DNA of 64,000 bases from Styela clava (lineage: Eukaryota). The DNA lies in contig NC_135262.1 in the NCBI RefSeq assembly GCF_964204865.1, positions 7,812,001 through 7,876,000 on the forward strand, read 5' to 3'. Positions 25,407-45,593 of this stretch are shown piece after piece. How positions within the stretch are numbered: position 1 is the stretch's first letter; the number at the start of each line of letters is the position of its first letter. Position numbers and translations under genes: made by a program. Under the pieces are notes generated by a model. That model had not been told where the DNA came from, did no database searches, and saw only the letters and a program-made list of their open reading frames with translations.

Positions 25407-26189
25407 TCACAAAGTTACTTTTATAAGTGTGAACACAACATAACTAATATATAATTTGAAGCCTAAATAGCTATTAATCCATGTCTAATTAGTTTTACAC
25501 CAACTACAACGACCTAAGGTAGTGCATGAATTCATTTATTCCCAATTTTCAATGCTTCTTTCGATCAGACCTTTCGTTTAACAATTTTAATCATCGAAAT
25601 TGTCACAACTTTGACTATTTGTATTGCTTATGATTTCATTTAGCTGAAATTGAAAATAAAGTAATTTGAGAACTACATACCGTATTCTTTCTTATTTTTG
25701 CAACTTGGTTCATTTTATCAGATGCTTCGAGACGCATATATTTGGAAAAGTCAGAAGTAAGGCGTAATGCATTTCAATTTTGTAATGCGTGATGTAATAA
25801 TTCATATCGTTGGCAAGTTGCGAAACAGAGGGAGATTTTTTCCATTACTTTTTCAAGTCGTTCAGTGATGAATTCCCTTATGTACTGCAGATGCAGATAC
25901 ACGATGGATATCCCTGGCTTATTATAGCTACAACATGTTGTTTTTAATAGTAAAGAACAAAAAATGCACTGGCTGATATAATTGATTTTATTTCGTGGTA
26001 TATTTCAATAGAACATCATTAATTACGAAATAGGTGTTTTGAGTACACTACATAGGATTACATCACATATTTATGAACTACAATGGGTGTATAATATCTA
26101 TATACGCCTAATGACTTCAATCAAAAAATATAACAATTTGTCAATGAATAAATTACAGCATGATACATTTCAGCTTACTATTTAAACAT

Positions 26190-33539
<7,350 letters not shown>

Positions 33540-34084
33540 GATTTTAAACTTGTCAGTCGTATCAAAAATATCTGAAAAGCTATCTGAAATGTTTTGTTAT
33601 GTTATAAAAGCATTTCAAAGAAGTAAAATCGCGTTAAATTTTGTAATACATATGGCTATTCTTCTAATTTTTATTTCTCATCTAGATTTGTGTGTATAGA
33701 GTCCTCTTTCTAATCTGCGTATAAAGAACTCACCGGCTTTACTTTATTTTCAATCATTCATGAATGCGCTTGCCGATTTACGAAGAAAGCAAACATCCGA
33801 GGATTTAATGTTTGCAAACTTCATTGAACGAGAAGTGATTTGGCGCAAACAAAGGACGTACCTGGTGCGGCAATGCTTTGTGTGTTATTGAACAATATAA
33901 AATGGATTAAACTTCATGTGATCCCGAATATTTATTGCATTTATTAAATATTCATTCATGATGTGTTATGTATTACTAACACCATCCAACTGTAGGCTAT
34001 ATTGGTTAGAGCGTTGAACTCAAAATTAGATTGGCATCGTAGGATAAAGATCAATGTGGATGCAATAAATTGGGCAAACAAACC

Positions 34085-34220
34085 GTCGTGTAAAGGGACT
34101 GAAACCTATGGGCAGTGTGTATAACACAGACAGTTCCCGAATTCGTAATAGAACTAAAATAAGGAAAATCGGAATAAAATTATGGCCAAACCCTAACCTG
34201 GTACACACACTACGGGAGTA
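34085..34220 (+). mobile_element. Partial copy of the CTCC-AAGTA MITE family
   Basis: gggactgaaacctatgggca...aacacagacagttcccgaattcgtaatagaactaaaataaggaaaatcggaataaaattatggccaaaccctaacctggtacac. Confidence 0.7.
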
Positions 34221-35179
34221 CCGAAACGTTATCAGTGGGTGAACTGTTCACGGTAACAGTTTTCTTTTTACAATATCAATACCAGCTGTTTTCGTGTTCA
34301 CGACTGATGACGTAAAAGACGACTAAATTTGGAACATCGGAATAGAAATAGTATTAGGTTAGCCATAACAAGCGAATTGTGTACATAGGCGATCACTTTT
34401 AGTCCTGAATTATGTCATTAGTCATTTTATCAATATGAGTGTTAAGCACGCGATGTTTTCAATTGGAACAAATTTTCAAACAAATATTTGTCGGGGATGA
34501 ATAAAAGCTATGCGATATGAAGCGATGCAGGCATCAGTTTTACTATAAATTTACATCGTTGTCCTTGCTACTCCTTGCTTTAGGAATAATAATTAAAAAG
34601 GTATCGTATACAATCTTTTCAAAAGACTCTGAAGTATACAACACCATCGGTGAACAAAAAACCTTCATTAATTGTAAGCTGAAATTAATACTCAACACTA
34701 AATTTAAAATATGTCCAAGAAAAAAAAACAATGCGATTTTGTGTTCGCCTCTTGTATTATAAGTAATAGTTGTTAATTATCATATTTGATACAAACCCCC
34801 AAAATGCCAATGTATTTTCCTACATATTTTTAAGAACAAGAAAAACTTCGCTCTAACTGAGACACACCATCACGGAAATAGAGCCAAGTTTAGAGGTTTT
34901 GTTCAAAAATATGAAAGCACTCGGGTCTTATTAAAGATATTGTCAATTTTATTATTTTATTTTAAAGTTTCGTTGTATTATTAAATATTACTTTATTTTA
35001 ATTCCCGAGGGTCTCGAATATATTTGGCCTTGCCAAGTGTGTCCCAATGAAAACAGTTTGAAGAACACTGGACGATCTTTCCACGGGAACGATTCTACAC
35101 CTGCTAGTTCTCATACGTTCAATTATAGCTATGACGCAGATAATTCGTAAACTTACGCCAGCGTGGAGTTGCTAAAATG

Positions 35180-35187
35180 TATATAAA
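35180..35187 (+). promoter_or_regulatory. Candidate TATA box of trypsin gene A
   Basis: TATATAAA about 70 bp upstream of the ATG at 35254. Confidence 0.5.
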
Positions 35188-35253
35188 CCACCTGATATTG
35201 CAATGAAAATCATTATTTCGAACTCTGTATTAGAAAACGAAATTAAAAGAACC

Positions 35254-37589
35254 ATGAAGCTCTTCATTGCCTTTTTACTCACACTTGGTGGTAAGTGTCT
35301 AAATTTTAATGACGATTTCTGATTTTATAACGTTCTTCACTAACTGGCAAATGCAGAACTATTCTTCCTATCCGAATCTAATATAATGCTTGACATGACA
35401 GAGATACCTGCATGTCAAAACTGCACGATATCAACATCACAATGACGTTATACCATTCGATGACGTCATTTCTTAAAATTTCGAACTCTCGACATTTGAT
35501 AATAAGAATGTAAATCTCTCGAGCTCACAATGATGAATTTTTTCCACTCAATTAGTTGAAGGGTCAATTTTGAGTTAGTTTTTTATTGTTGTTGAATATT
35601 GGTTATAACGGTTCTCAAAGTTGCCAACAACGATAATATCAATATTTCTGGAATGAAAAAGCAGAAACCTGGGTTCACGTAGTTTCTTCAATGATACTTT
35701 ACCGTTACATGAGCCATGTTAATTGCTTTTAGTGGCAAATGCTGACAAGATTGTGGGGGGATCAGAAGTGGGTGGCCCCATTTCCTATCAAGTAAGAATT
35801 GCTTATGATACGGGAGGCATTCGATGCGGAGGAACTCTGATATCCAACCAATGGGTGTTGAGCGCCGCCCACTGCAAAGGACTCCTGTAAGTTGTCCTTT
35901 TTTTACTGTGAAAATACATTTATTGATTGCGGTGATCTCACGACTTGATAAATTTTTGTTGTCCATGACGTGAAAAGTCGCGTCTCCCCTTACCTTATGA
36001 AACAAGTTATTTTAATTTATCGGTGTTTGGAGTTCCCAGAACGCTACTACTTCTAATTTTTGATAGCTTCGGGATTCGATATTTTATTCTAAATTTTCTT
36101 ATTTTTATATTCAACTGGCGCACTCAATTCTCGTAACATTCGGCTTGAATTTGGGGCAATATTAGTCATATAAACATCGTTACCTTGGTATATGAAGCGA
36201 TTTTCTGCGTTACGCATTACAATAAAAATCCAGAATTAAGCTGAGGTGATTTAGGATACAATAACGTGCCGTAAATATATAATTAAAAAAATTCAGACAA
36301 ACCTGGGAGAGCTGGGTTCTTCATTTCGGCTACTACAATCCTACAACGATAGGTGTCACTCGCACAGTCATTCAACAAACCTGGAATCCGGATTACAACT
36401 CGCAAACTGTAGATAACGACGTTATGGTATTGAAAATAGATTCTGCTGTTGACTTGTCAAACCCGAGCGTTGTGTACTACGCTCTTCTTCCAGAACAATC
36501 CAGTTCCCTCACCAGTCCTGCAATCGGTAGTCCATGCAAAGTGAGCGGTTGGGGAACAACAAAAGCTGACGGAGGTAAGTGCGATTTCATGATTTTTACT
36601 TCCATTCAAATAAAAAAAATTCTGATTACTGCATTTCTCATAAAAACGTTTGCCTTAAATTAAAGCTTCTTCGAATGCAAATGAATAGTACATAGGATTG
36701 ATTGTTTAGAATAACTTCATGTTTACTTGCTTTGTTATAGACACATCACCAAATTTACTTGAGGTTACCGTGTACGTTGTCAGCAATGAGGATTGTAGCA
36801 ATAAATACTCCAGATACGGCGGTGTGACTTCCGGAATGATGTGCTTGGCCGACAGCGGCAAAGATGCCTGCCAGGTAAAACTAATTTAATATTTCTGATG
36901 CTTAGTAATGGTTTAAACGTATATCCGAAGTCTGTGTGTGCAATATGTTTTGCTGTTCGAGGTAAAAAAAAAGGCATCTGAATCACAAGCGCTCAGGAAG
37001 GCTTTTGATGTATAGCAATTATAACATACCAAAGTATCTGACCAATTTTTGAATCGAAACATAAGGGTTCGATTTAACTTCATCAAATAATTGAATATAT
37101 AAAATATTATATATTGAATGACCTCTTGCATTAAAAAATCCTGCAAAATATCATTCAGACCAGAACTGTTTTCAAAGCGTCGTTTTTCGAGGAATTCAAA
37201 ACATCTCACATTCCTCCAAACTTTGATCCAGACAAAACTTTTCATTTATTCACGCGCAGTATTTTTTTTAAATTAGTATTTTTGTATTACATTCTGGATA
37301 AGATAACTGGTAAGTATGAAATAGTGGCCGAATTTACTTTTTGGTTTAAGGGTATGTCAAACTGTTTGCGGATTAACTATTATATTTGTTGAATCAGTAT
37401 TCATTATTATTATATTTCAACCAATAGGGTGATTCTGGTGGACCGGCGTTTTGTGGAGGCAGACTGGAGGGAATCGTCTCTTGGGGAGTTGGATGTGCTG
37501 ATAGTCGTTATCCCGGCGTATACACTCGTGTCTCCAAGTATGTCGACTGGATCTTGCAGCAAACTGGACCATTGCCAACTGCATACTAA
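35254..37589 (+). CDS. Trypsin(ogen) A, secreted S1A serine protease. Exons approx. 35254-35290, 35733-35886, 36297-36574, 36741-36874, 37428-37589
   Basis: Signal peptide [16 protein letters not shown], then DK/IVGG; SAAHC (His), DNDVMVL (Asp), GKDACQGDSGGP (S1 Asp and catalytic Ser), [15 protein letters not shown]. Confidence 0.92.
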
Positions 37590-38747
37590 AACGAGTTTTC
37601 CAGCACCGTTTTAATTGGTTTATTTTCAATTGAAAACTAATAAGATTGTATACCAATAAAAGTTAATTTAATAAACTCGAATATGAAAAATATAATGCCT
37701 CTGATGCTCTTGAATGGGGTTACATAGAGAACAAGAAAGCAATGCTCAAATGCAAGAAATACTTAAGTCCAACGACGAACCGTCGTACCGGTGGTTTATG
37801 CGACTTCCATTGTAATCCGTTACCCAATCTCTATCAAAAAACGTTTAGTTTGCTATGTAATTGCGTCATTATTGACAAACATAAAGTCTCCCCCCTGGAA
37901 CGAGCATAGAATTCTCGGACAACTTTTTTTACGATTTGTCTTTCTAATTCATCTGGACGGGATCCGTGCTTTCGAAAATAGCTCTTCTATTTGGTATGCA
38001 TATTCAAATTTTCACGGGGATCACTTCAAACATGGATTATCGAATACGGGTGTACGCAAAACTTTTTTTGTCATATTTAATAACATAAATAGTTCTGATA
38101 ACAATTTTTAATAAAAATGAGTGGAAACAATACTGCAGTTTGTCGACGGGGCATTGCAACATCACGACTGCGTGATGAAAAACTGCGTACCAGTATTGGG
38201 TAGAGGTTCAAAAAGCCCGAGTCGCAAGTCACGTGTCATCCCAGTCAAATTCGAGTTCGATTTCGAGTCGAATCATTGGGCTACGTCTTACTAGCGATTA
38301 ATTGAGTGTGAGTCCGAGTCATTTTATTGAGATTACTCCAGTCACGTCGAGTCTTTGATAAATTTAGTGTATTTTGAGAAAATTCTGCGTTCTCCTATTC
38401 AAACATCATGTTCTCGCGATCGTGACCTCTGAGGAACGCGACTGATAATAAAATACTGGTGTTTAGTAACTAAGTGCGTAGCTTGTGGGGCTGAACAGAA
38501 TCGTTAATTTTCAGAACGTAAGTTAACAATAGTTAGGGTACGGGTTATTTAACCTATTACTAAACTTGGCGTGTGGAATCTGCAGTCTATATAAGAATGA
38601 TATACATTATTGACGCTACATTATCGCGAAATACCAAGAAATTAGAAGCTAAAATTGATGGATGATTTCCAAAACATTCACCCATGGTAAAATTAAAAAG
38701 CTTGCTGTAAAGTTTACAATTAAAAAAATTAGGCCGACGGTTTACGA

Positions 38748-39184
38748 CAGGATTCAGCAACCTTTTGCCGCTCTCGGGCCAAAATTGAGGGTTGCAAGTC
38801 ATTAGCGGGCCGCACATATTTTTTGAAAGTTGAAAACCAAACGGATAATACTTTTTATAATAAAAATCAACAGTGATACATCTCTCGAATAGAATTTAGA
38901 TTTATTTCCTCATTGCATCTCAAAATATTCCATTTGAATATTTTCTGCGCCATTGGACCCTTTGCACTTAGCATCAACTTTTCTGCGTTTTGTTGCCATT
39001 TGTCTAATTATAATTAAATTATAGGCTCATTAAACGAGTAATTGTGAATTATGTACTTGTTTGGTTATAATATAATTCAGTCTAAGGAATATAATCGTCA
39101 AAACGGGTGTTATAATACTTATAATTCAGTGAAGCGTCGCGGGCCGGATTATATTACTCCAAGGCCGTAGGTTGCCGACCCCTG
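38748..39184. mobile_element. hAT (Charlie-like) MITE
   Basis: caggattcagcaacc ... ggttgccgacccctg with a perfect 8-bp TSD gtttacga (38740-38747 and 39185-39192); gcgggccg subterminal motifs. Confidence 0.88.
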
Positions 39185-39945
39185 GTTTACGATATTTAAC
39201 GGGTAACGAAAACTCCATGCGTTCCACAAGGCCTGTCCGCTTGTTTGTCGACAGTTGGTAGACAAATTTCCAACCGACAGTCGCCGATGTAAGACAGAGA
39301 TTACTATGACGACCAATTTAGTCGCAATTTCGACCCTAGGTTGTGCGTCATCTTGGGAATAATACCTCCGGAGCGCCGCCCAACCTACTAAAACACAAGG
39401 CCTGTGATGACGAACAGCTCTGACCCACGTGTCACCCGTAGTATTTTTAGGTGCCCCGAATTACGACAAAGATAAAATAATATTTAAGCGGATCATAATC
39501 CAATCTGACGAGAAGATGCAACAACAAGTTTCTCAAAGATTAATTAAACCATTCAGCAAAAATGTTTGCCATTACTGCACTAGGCCATCGAGTTCACATA
39601 ATATAGCCTACTTAAATATACCTTTTTTGTTTGCCTGAAGTATTTGTTGTACTCAAATTAATTGACGTCACGGTGTTTTTGTTTGGTTATATACTGTATA
39701 TAGATTATGTAATTCTAACTATGTTTGGCAAAAATTTGTATTTTTGTCTTACATATATCAACATATGTCAATTCTCATGCTACAAACATCCATTTGCGTC
39801 ACAAAAGATAAATTCCATTTCGGCCCTTGGTTGGCATATTTGTGGATGTTATCTTAATTTCTAGCAGCTTAGTGTAGTCGACTGCGCGCTTGCTTTTAAT
39901 AATTTTTTGCAATAGATCATTACGTTGCATTGCAGAAGTATAGTC

Positions 39946-42821
39946 ATGAAAATTTTTGCTGTGTTTATGTTCTTAATTTCAGGTAGGAAATATATTTTTC
40001 AAATAGCGTTGTTTTTCACCGATTACAGTTCCAAAATGTAGTTTACTCATAATTAGATCACTTCAGCTCTTTTGAGAATATTTTTCTGTAAAAGTGTTAC
40101 CACGGAATGCTGCTGTATAAATTCATATTACTTTCTTTTTAGCCACTCATGCTGACAAGATTGTTGGGGGGACAGACGCGAGAGGACCAATCTCATACCA
40201 AGTACGACTCCAGTATGAGACAGGTAGCATTCGATGTGGGGGAACACTTATCCATCAAAATTGGGTTATGTCTGCTGCCCATTGTCAAGGAAGGTAATTG
40301 ACAATATTTATTCATCTTACGTAGTCAGTTCTGCAAGAGCCCACAAATTAAACAAACATTTAATCTGAAATGCGAGTCGCTCGTTTGTATGTACATTTTT
40401 TTTATGCGAATACAAGCATTATAAATGCAGATTTCTGGATGCCGTTTAAGTAGTCTGTGTGCTTCATATCCTATGTTTTATTTTGGATGGAAAAATATGA
40501 AAATGAAATACAAAAAGTTGAAAACGCAAATTATGATAAACAAATAACTTATGAAAAGATTTGTAAAGTCTACGGAAAGAGAAATCTATAAAGGCAACTG
40601 GAATAACAATTTTATGTTTTTCTGAAGTCGATTTTTATCACGGTGAAAGAAAGTTGTGGTATTTTATAATAAATATGTGTGGTATATTGAAAGTATATCT
40701 CCGGATTTTCAAAATCGCAGAGGTTTGATTATTAGAAAAAAAATAAAGGTAATGAACACACACATTATTCCGGATTATCAGAATACACGCTTGTTAACGA
40801 CAGCAAAAGATTTAGGTATCTTTAATGTTTTACTGAATAATCCACGTCAATAACGATATATTTTACTTTTTCGTACAATTTTTATTCAATAGACCAAACG
40901 AATGGAGTACTTGGAAGTTAGCATTTGGTTATTACGACGGGCTTCATGAAGGAGTTCATATACATGAAATAGCAGATCAAATTGCCCATCCAGAATACAA
41001 CTCCGGTACTACCGACAATGACGTTATGGTACTGAAAACGCACGGAACCGTTTTACTTTCCAATTCTGTTCAAGTCGCTGCCCTTCCTATGCACTATGAA
41101 GGACTTGACCTACCTGAATACGGATCTCCTTGCATTGTTAGTGGATGGGGAACTACCTCATCAGGAGGAAGTGAGTAAGAGTTTTTGCTTCATGCACATA
41201 ATGTAGTGAATCGTAAAAATACACCCAATAATGTATTTCGGTATTTCCACTGTTTTTTTTTATCATATAATTTAAAAAAAAACTCGACTCAACAACATTG
41301 AACCTTGTTAAAATAAGTATAAATTAAATGTGTGGTTTTCCAGTTCTTATTTATACCCTCGAATCAATACTACGCGAAATTAAAGTCTTTCAATGAAATG
41401 TATATAAAGGGATAAAATATTTATAACTTTTCAATTAATAATTCTATATTGTTACAGCTGTGTCAAAATATCTACAAGAGGTGACCGTATACGTCGTTCC
41501 AAATGCGGAATGTAACATTCCTTACACCGGCTCAATTACGACTGGAATGATGTGCCTTGAAGCTCCCGGAAAAGATTCGTGTCAGGTTTATATAAAATAT
41601 TTATCGATTTGATTTGTAAATTACGGTGTCTCCAAAATGTCGTGTCCCACGTGTACGTGTCCCACTTGTACCACGTGTCCTACTTGTTCCACGTGTCCCA
41701 CTGTACCACGTGGTACAAGAGGGATAAGTGGGACACGTGGGACAAGTGGGCAAGTATGACACGTGGGACAAGTGGGACACGACATTTTGGAGACACCCTG
41801 AAAATTATATAATATACACTAATATTTGTAATAAGGAGGTATTCTAAATATCACGTTCCAATATTGCCAATATTTTCATATCTTTTTGAAATAATCAGAG
41901 TATAGTTATTGATCCACTCATACATTGGCAATACAGATCGAATAAACATTTCAACGAGATAGCGATCAGAGACCGCCAACTTATCGATCTAGCGGCGTAT
42001 ATCTTTCGCTTTGGCTTAATAGCGACACCGCGTGTCCCATCACTAATTAATCAATAACTCGCCAATTATACGACCTAATTCATCCAAAATCGATAGGCTT
42101 CCGAGATATGATGAATGCACATGTAAAAATTGGAGCAGATTCAACTTCGCCTTCGTGGGATATTGCGTGTATCTAACAGACACACAAACAAACAGACAAA
42201 TACCTATCAACGTACAAGATCAAGATCGATAAGTAATCACAGGCTTGAACGGCGCAACTATACAGCGGCACGAAAAATACCAATTAAAAACAAAATAGCA
42301 ACACTCAAATATATGGACACCACGCCTGAATGAATAATATGGTCATCACAACGTCATAATTACTTCTGATCAAATGTTATGAGAATTGTGCCGAGATTCT
42401 GATAGAGTTATACTCAAGAGTTCATCAAAAATATATTGAAAATCCGAAATCTATTGGCCCGCTGGTTCCAATAAAAAACTACAACAATTTAGCAAAAACA
42501 CCGATACGAGCCAAACGCAAGGTTACTTGGCCAAGTCTAAACAAAGCGCAATATCCTCGCTGTTTACTTTTAATTAATATTTGAGTGACGTCGCGTTAGT
42601 AACGCATAAGATGGCATTCTCTTTCCGCCACACACGATATACTGACAGACTTTATTTAAATTTTACAGGGAGATTCTGGCGGCCCAGCTTTATGTGGCAA
42701 CACTGTTTCCGGTATTGTATCTTGGGGAATTGGATGTGCGTTAGACAGATTTCCTGGGGTATACACGCGTGTATCTCGCTACGTGAACTGGATTGTGGAA
42801 AATACAGATATTACAATGTAG
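39946..42821 (+). CDS. Trypsin(ogen) B, tandem paralogue. Exons approx. 39946-39982, 40143-40293, 40893-41170, 41458-41585, 42669-42821
   Basis: [22 protein letters not shown]; SAAHC; DNDVMVL; GKDSCQGDSGGP; [15 protein letters not shown]. Same intron positions as trypsin A. Confidence 0.92.
41625..41797. mobile_element. Foldback MITE made of inverted arrays of 9-10-bp subrepeats
   Basis: ggtgtctccaaaatgtcgtgtcccac ... gtgggacacgacattttggagacacc, with internal (gtgtcccac/ttgtcccac)n mirrored by (gtgggacac/gtgggacaa)n. Confidence 0.85.
41953..42237 (-). mobile_element. Helentron-associated (DINE-1/HINE-like) element, copy 2
   Basis: Reverse complement of 9602-9910 (gtgtcccatcactaattaat, ggagcagattcaa, acaaacaaacagacaaatacctatcaac, atcgataagtaat). 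Confidence 0.7.
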
Positions 42822-43194
42822 TTTGCTTCAAGTTTTGTTTCAGTGTAATAAAACACTCATTAGATGTATACTAATTTTGTCATTTATTGGGGATATAGCA
42901 ACACTGAAATTTTGAGATTAAAAGCAATTTTTCCAAAGTTATCAGATAACTTATTTAAATTAATCCAGTTTTGGACGTGATGGCTATGTGCGCTCCGGGA
43001 TTTGTTTCTATGATTGTTCAAACTCGGGTATACATCGATCTTGATTGCTGATGTAAATGAGGTAGATGTCAGAGAACATAACAATTCACATATTATACAA
43101 ACCAATTCAAATCTACTTCAGCATAACATTAGTGGACATACCGATCATTTCAATATTATGTTGTTTTTGACACAGAATAGGTCACCTAGTGGAA

Positions 43195-43640
43195 ATCTTG
43201 AAAAAACGCTTTTATCTTTGATTACCGGACCAATTTATTCAAAATTGTCATTGGTTGAAGATGGAATTTTTCTCTAGAAGGGTATTACTTTTATTCATTT
43301 CAAATATTTCTGTTAGCTCTGTGGTATTAGTTTTTGTTTGCTATGACGTCAGCGAACGTTCTGCGGACGCATATGCTGGCACTCCTCCTCATGTTCTTTT
43401 GATCACTGCGCGGTGACTGTGAAACAAGAAACAACTCGTAACTGTCTCGTAAAGGCGGGGCTTGCAATCACTGTTATAACTGATGTCTTTGCTTGTCTTG
43501 GAATCGGTAAACGTGTCTATATATTTGAGCATAGCCCTCCTGTGTTGTTGTTGTTATTCTTTGTCACAGAAAAAAAAGCTTTTTTCTTCGATTACTGGAC
43601 CAATCGCTTTAAAAGTTTCCGTGCTTTAAGATTAAATCGT
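43195..43640 (+). repeat. Dispersed repeat fragments shared with 46535-46830
   Basis: gaagg.tattacttttattcattt.aaatatttctgttagctctgtg...tttttgtttgctatgacgtca and ttttc.cttcga.tactggaccaat.gcttt occur at both loci. Confidence 0.7.
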
Positions 43641-43685
43641 GTTAACACTATAATAAGACCAAGAAGCGCATTAATGACCTACAAC

Positions 43686-43858
43686 CAGTAGTGGGATTCA
43701 GCGGTTCGCACCGGTTCTATAGAATCGTCTTACAGAATTAAAATGTTATGAGATCAGCGAACCGGTTAGCATTACATGACTTTTTGTAACAGAACCGCCT
43801 CAAAATTCGAAATTTGTATGATGGAACCGGCTGACAAAAAATTTGAATCCCTCCACTG
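43686..43858. mobile_element. hAT-like MITE
   Basis: cagtagtgggattca ... tgaatccctccactg with a perfect 8-bp TSD cctacaac; (g)aaccgg(tt) subterminal motifs. Confidence 0.88.
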
Positions 43859-44832
43859 CCTACAACCTGATGCAAAATTACGCTGATGATTTTTCAGCAC
43901 TACTACTTAAAATACCTCACGAACGAAGTTCACTTTATGTGAGTGGTCAACGCGAAAAATTCTCCAAAATAAGATAGAATAAAATTAATAACAAAAGTGC
44001 TTCCATGATAACCCACCTATAACGCAAACAGTGTATACAAAAAACGATCTTGCAGACGAGGTAGGCTTAGAAAATCACGTGTATTCCTATTATTGTTAGC
44101 AAAGGTTTCTACGTACTGATGTATGAATTTGTAATTCGTGATAACCTTTTTGACTTTGTGCGATAAAACGGCAATTTCGTTACCTATTATCTCATTTTTC
44201 CGCCCTGCAATTTTCGTCTTGAATTACATTCATTACAATTTAGTATGCGAGATAAAGTCAGGAAGCGATATTATTTTGACTGAAGTACTTTTGGCGGTTT
44301 ATGGTAGTGGCAGGATTTATAGAGGACTTTGAGGTTGAAAATTTGTTAAAACCAACGTTTGTTACGGAATAATCATCAACGTGTGGTGATAAAAAATCAT
44401 TTTCGGGGAGTTTGTCGCCAAAATTGAGTGCCAAAAATAACAGTATCGGAAATGCCATCACAATCATTTTAAGTTTAATTCGAGTATTCCCTTTTCAAGA
44501 ACTTTCTCTTTGTTTTCGAATTGTTTTAGGTCTCGTAATAACTGTTGTCGACTGACATTTTAATCGCTTATTTGTGGTGCACGTTCTAGCTTTATTCAAA
44601 GGTTCGGATAAGAAATTGCTTTGCGTAAATTTGCCTATAAAATTATTTCGGTTCGTAATCCTTTTTCGAGGCGTCAAATGACGACTAATAAGAACCCTTA
44701 TTTATCGACTGAACGATAATCGCATCCCTATCACAGATCGGAGCCATCCCACAATTTAAATAGTAGCAGAGAAATGAGGTAGTACCCGGTTAGTGTTACT
44801 GAAACTGTAGACCGCAATTTGATGTTTAATTG

Positions 44833-45075
44833 GATTATTTGTACAAAGCCCTCGCCACTTATGCAAAAAAATAAAATTTGAAACAAACACCGCCACGTTT
44901 TTTAAAAATTAGTACTTCTCTAGTTAGGATTAGAGTTGAGAATGATTTGAAAGTTTGAATTTCCAACGCATTATGCATTCCTATCTCTAACCCAAACCCT
45001 TAACTGGATAATTACTAACTTTCTTATTTTGAGCGTTGGCGGGGTGTTTATGGCAGGGGCTTTGTACGAAAGATC
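44833..45075. mobile_element. MITE-like inverted-repeat element
   Basis: gattatttgtacaaagccctcgcca ... tggcaggggctttgtacgaaagatc, with degenerate ttaggg/ccctaa-like motifs inside. Confidence 0.6.
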
Positions 45076-45593
45076 ATTTTAATTTTTCTTTATTTTACCT
45101 GTCAGGTATGAAATTTAAGCTTCAACTATTTTTTTATGGCATACTCTTTTACTGAAACATTTCTTACTACCATTGGCTAATAACGTTCATTTATTTGCAG
45201 TAAGTGGCTTTCTGACTTCTTGAAAATGGTTGCGTTATATCATAATAATAATAAATTACTTACTTAAATTAGTATGAAGTATTATTAATGTAACGCCTAC
45301 TAAGCTTGCATGCTTGACATCTTCAGATTAGAACAAATGAAATGCGGTATGGGGGCGGTTTTTGCACATGTACGTGGTCAGTATAGCGTAGCGTTCGCGG
45401 ACGGATTCATTTGCTTTTTTAGATCGAAAGTTGTCCTTTTTGGTGGCTTCTAAACCAGGATTTTACTTTCAAACTATATATACATACATGTTGAATATAA
45501 ATTTTGACTTCCAAACTAAAAGTACGCATAGTTGAATCAATAACTTCTGGTTATTGTTGTTTTATCCAGATGTTTTATGGAATGATATATAAT

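Noticed and set aside
25407-26189. Overlapping antisense 3' UTRs of the convergent SLC3A1 paralogues
   Set aside because: Each strand has its own AATAAA before any overlap (+ at ~25656, - at ~25988); overlap cannot be supported without transcript data.
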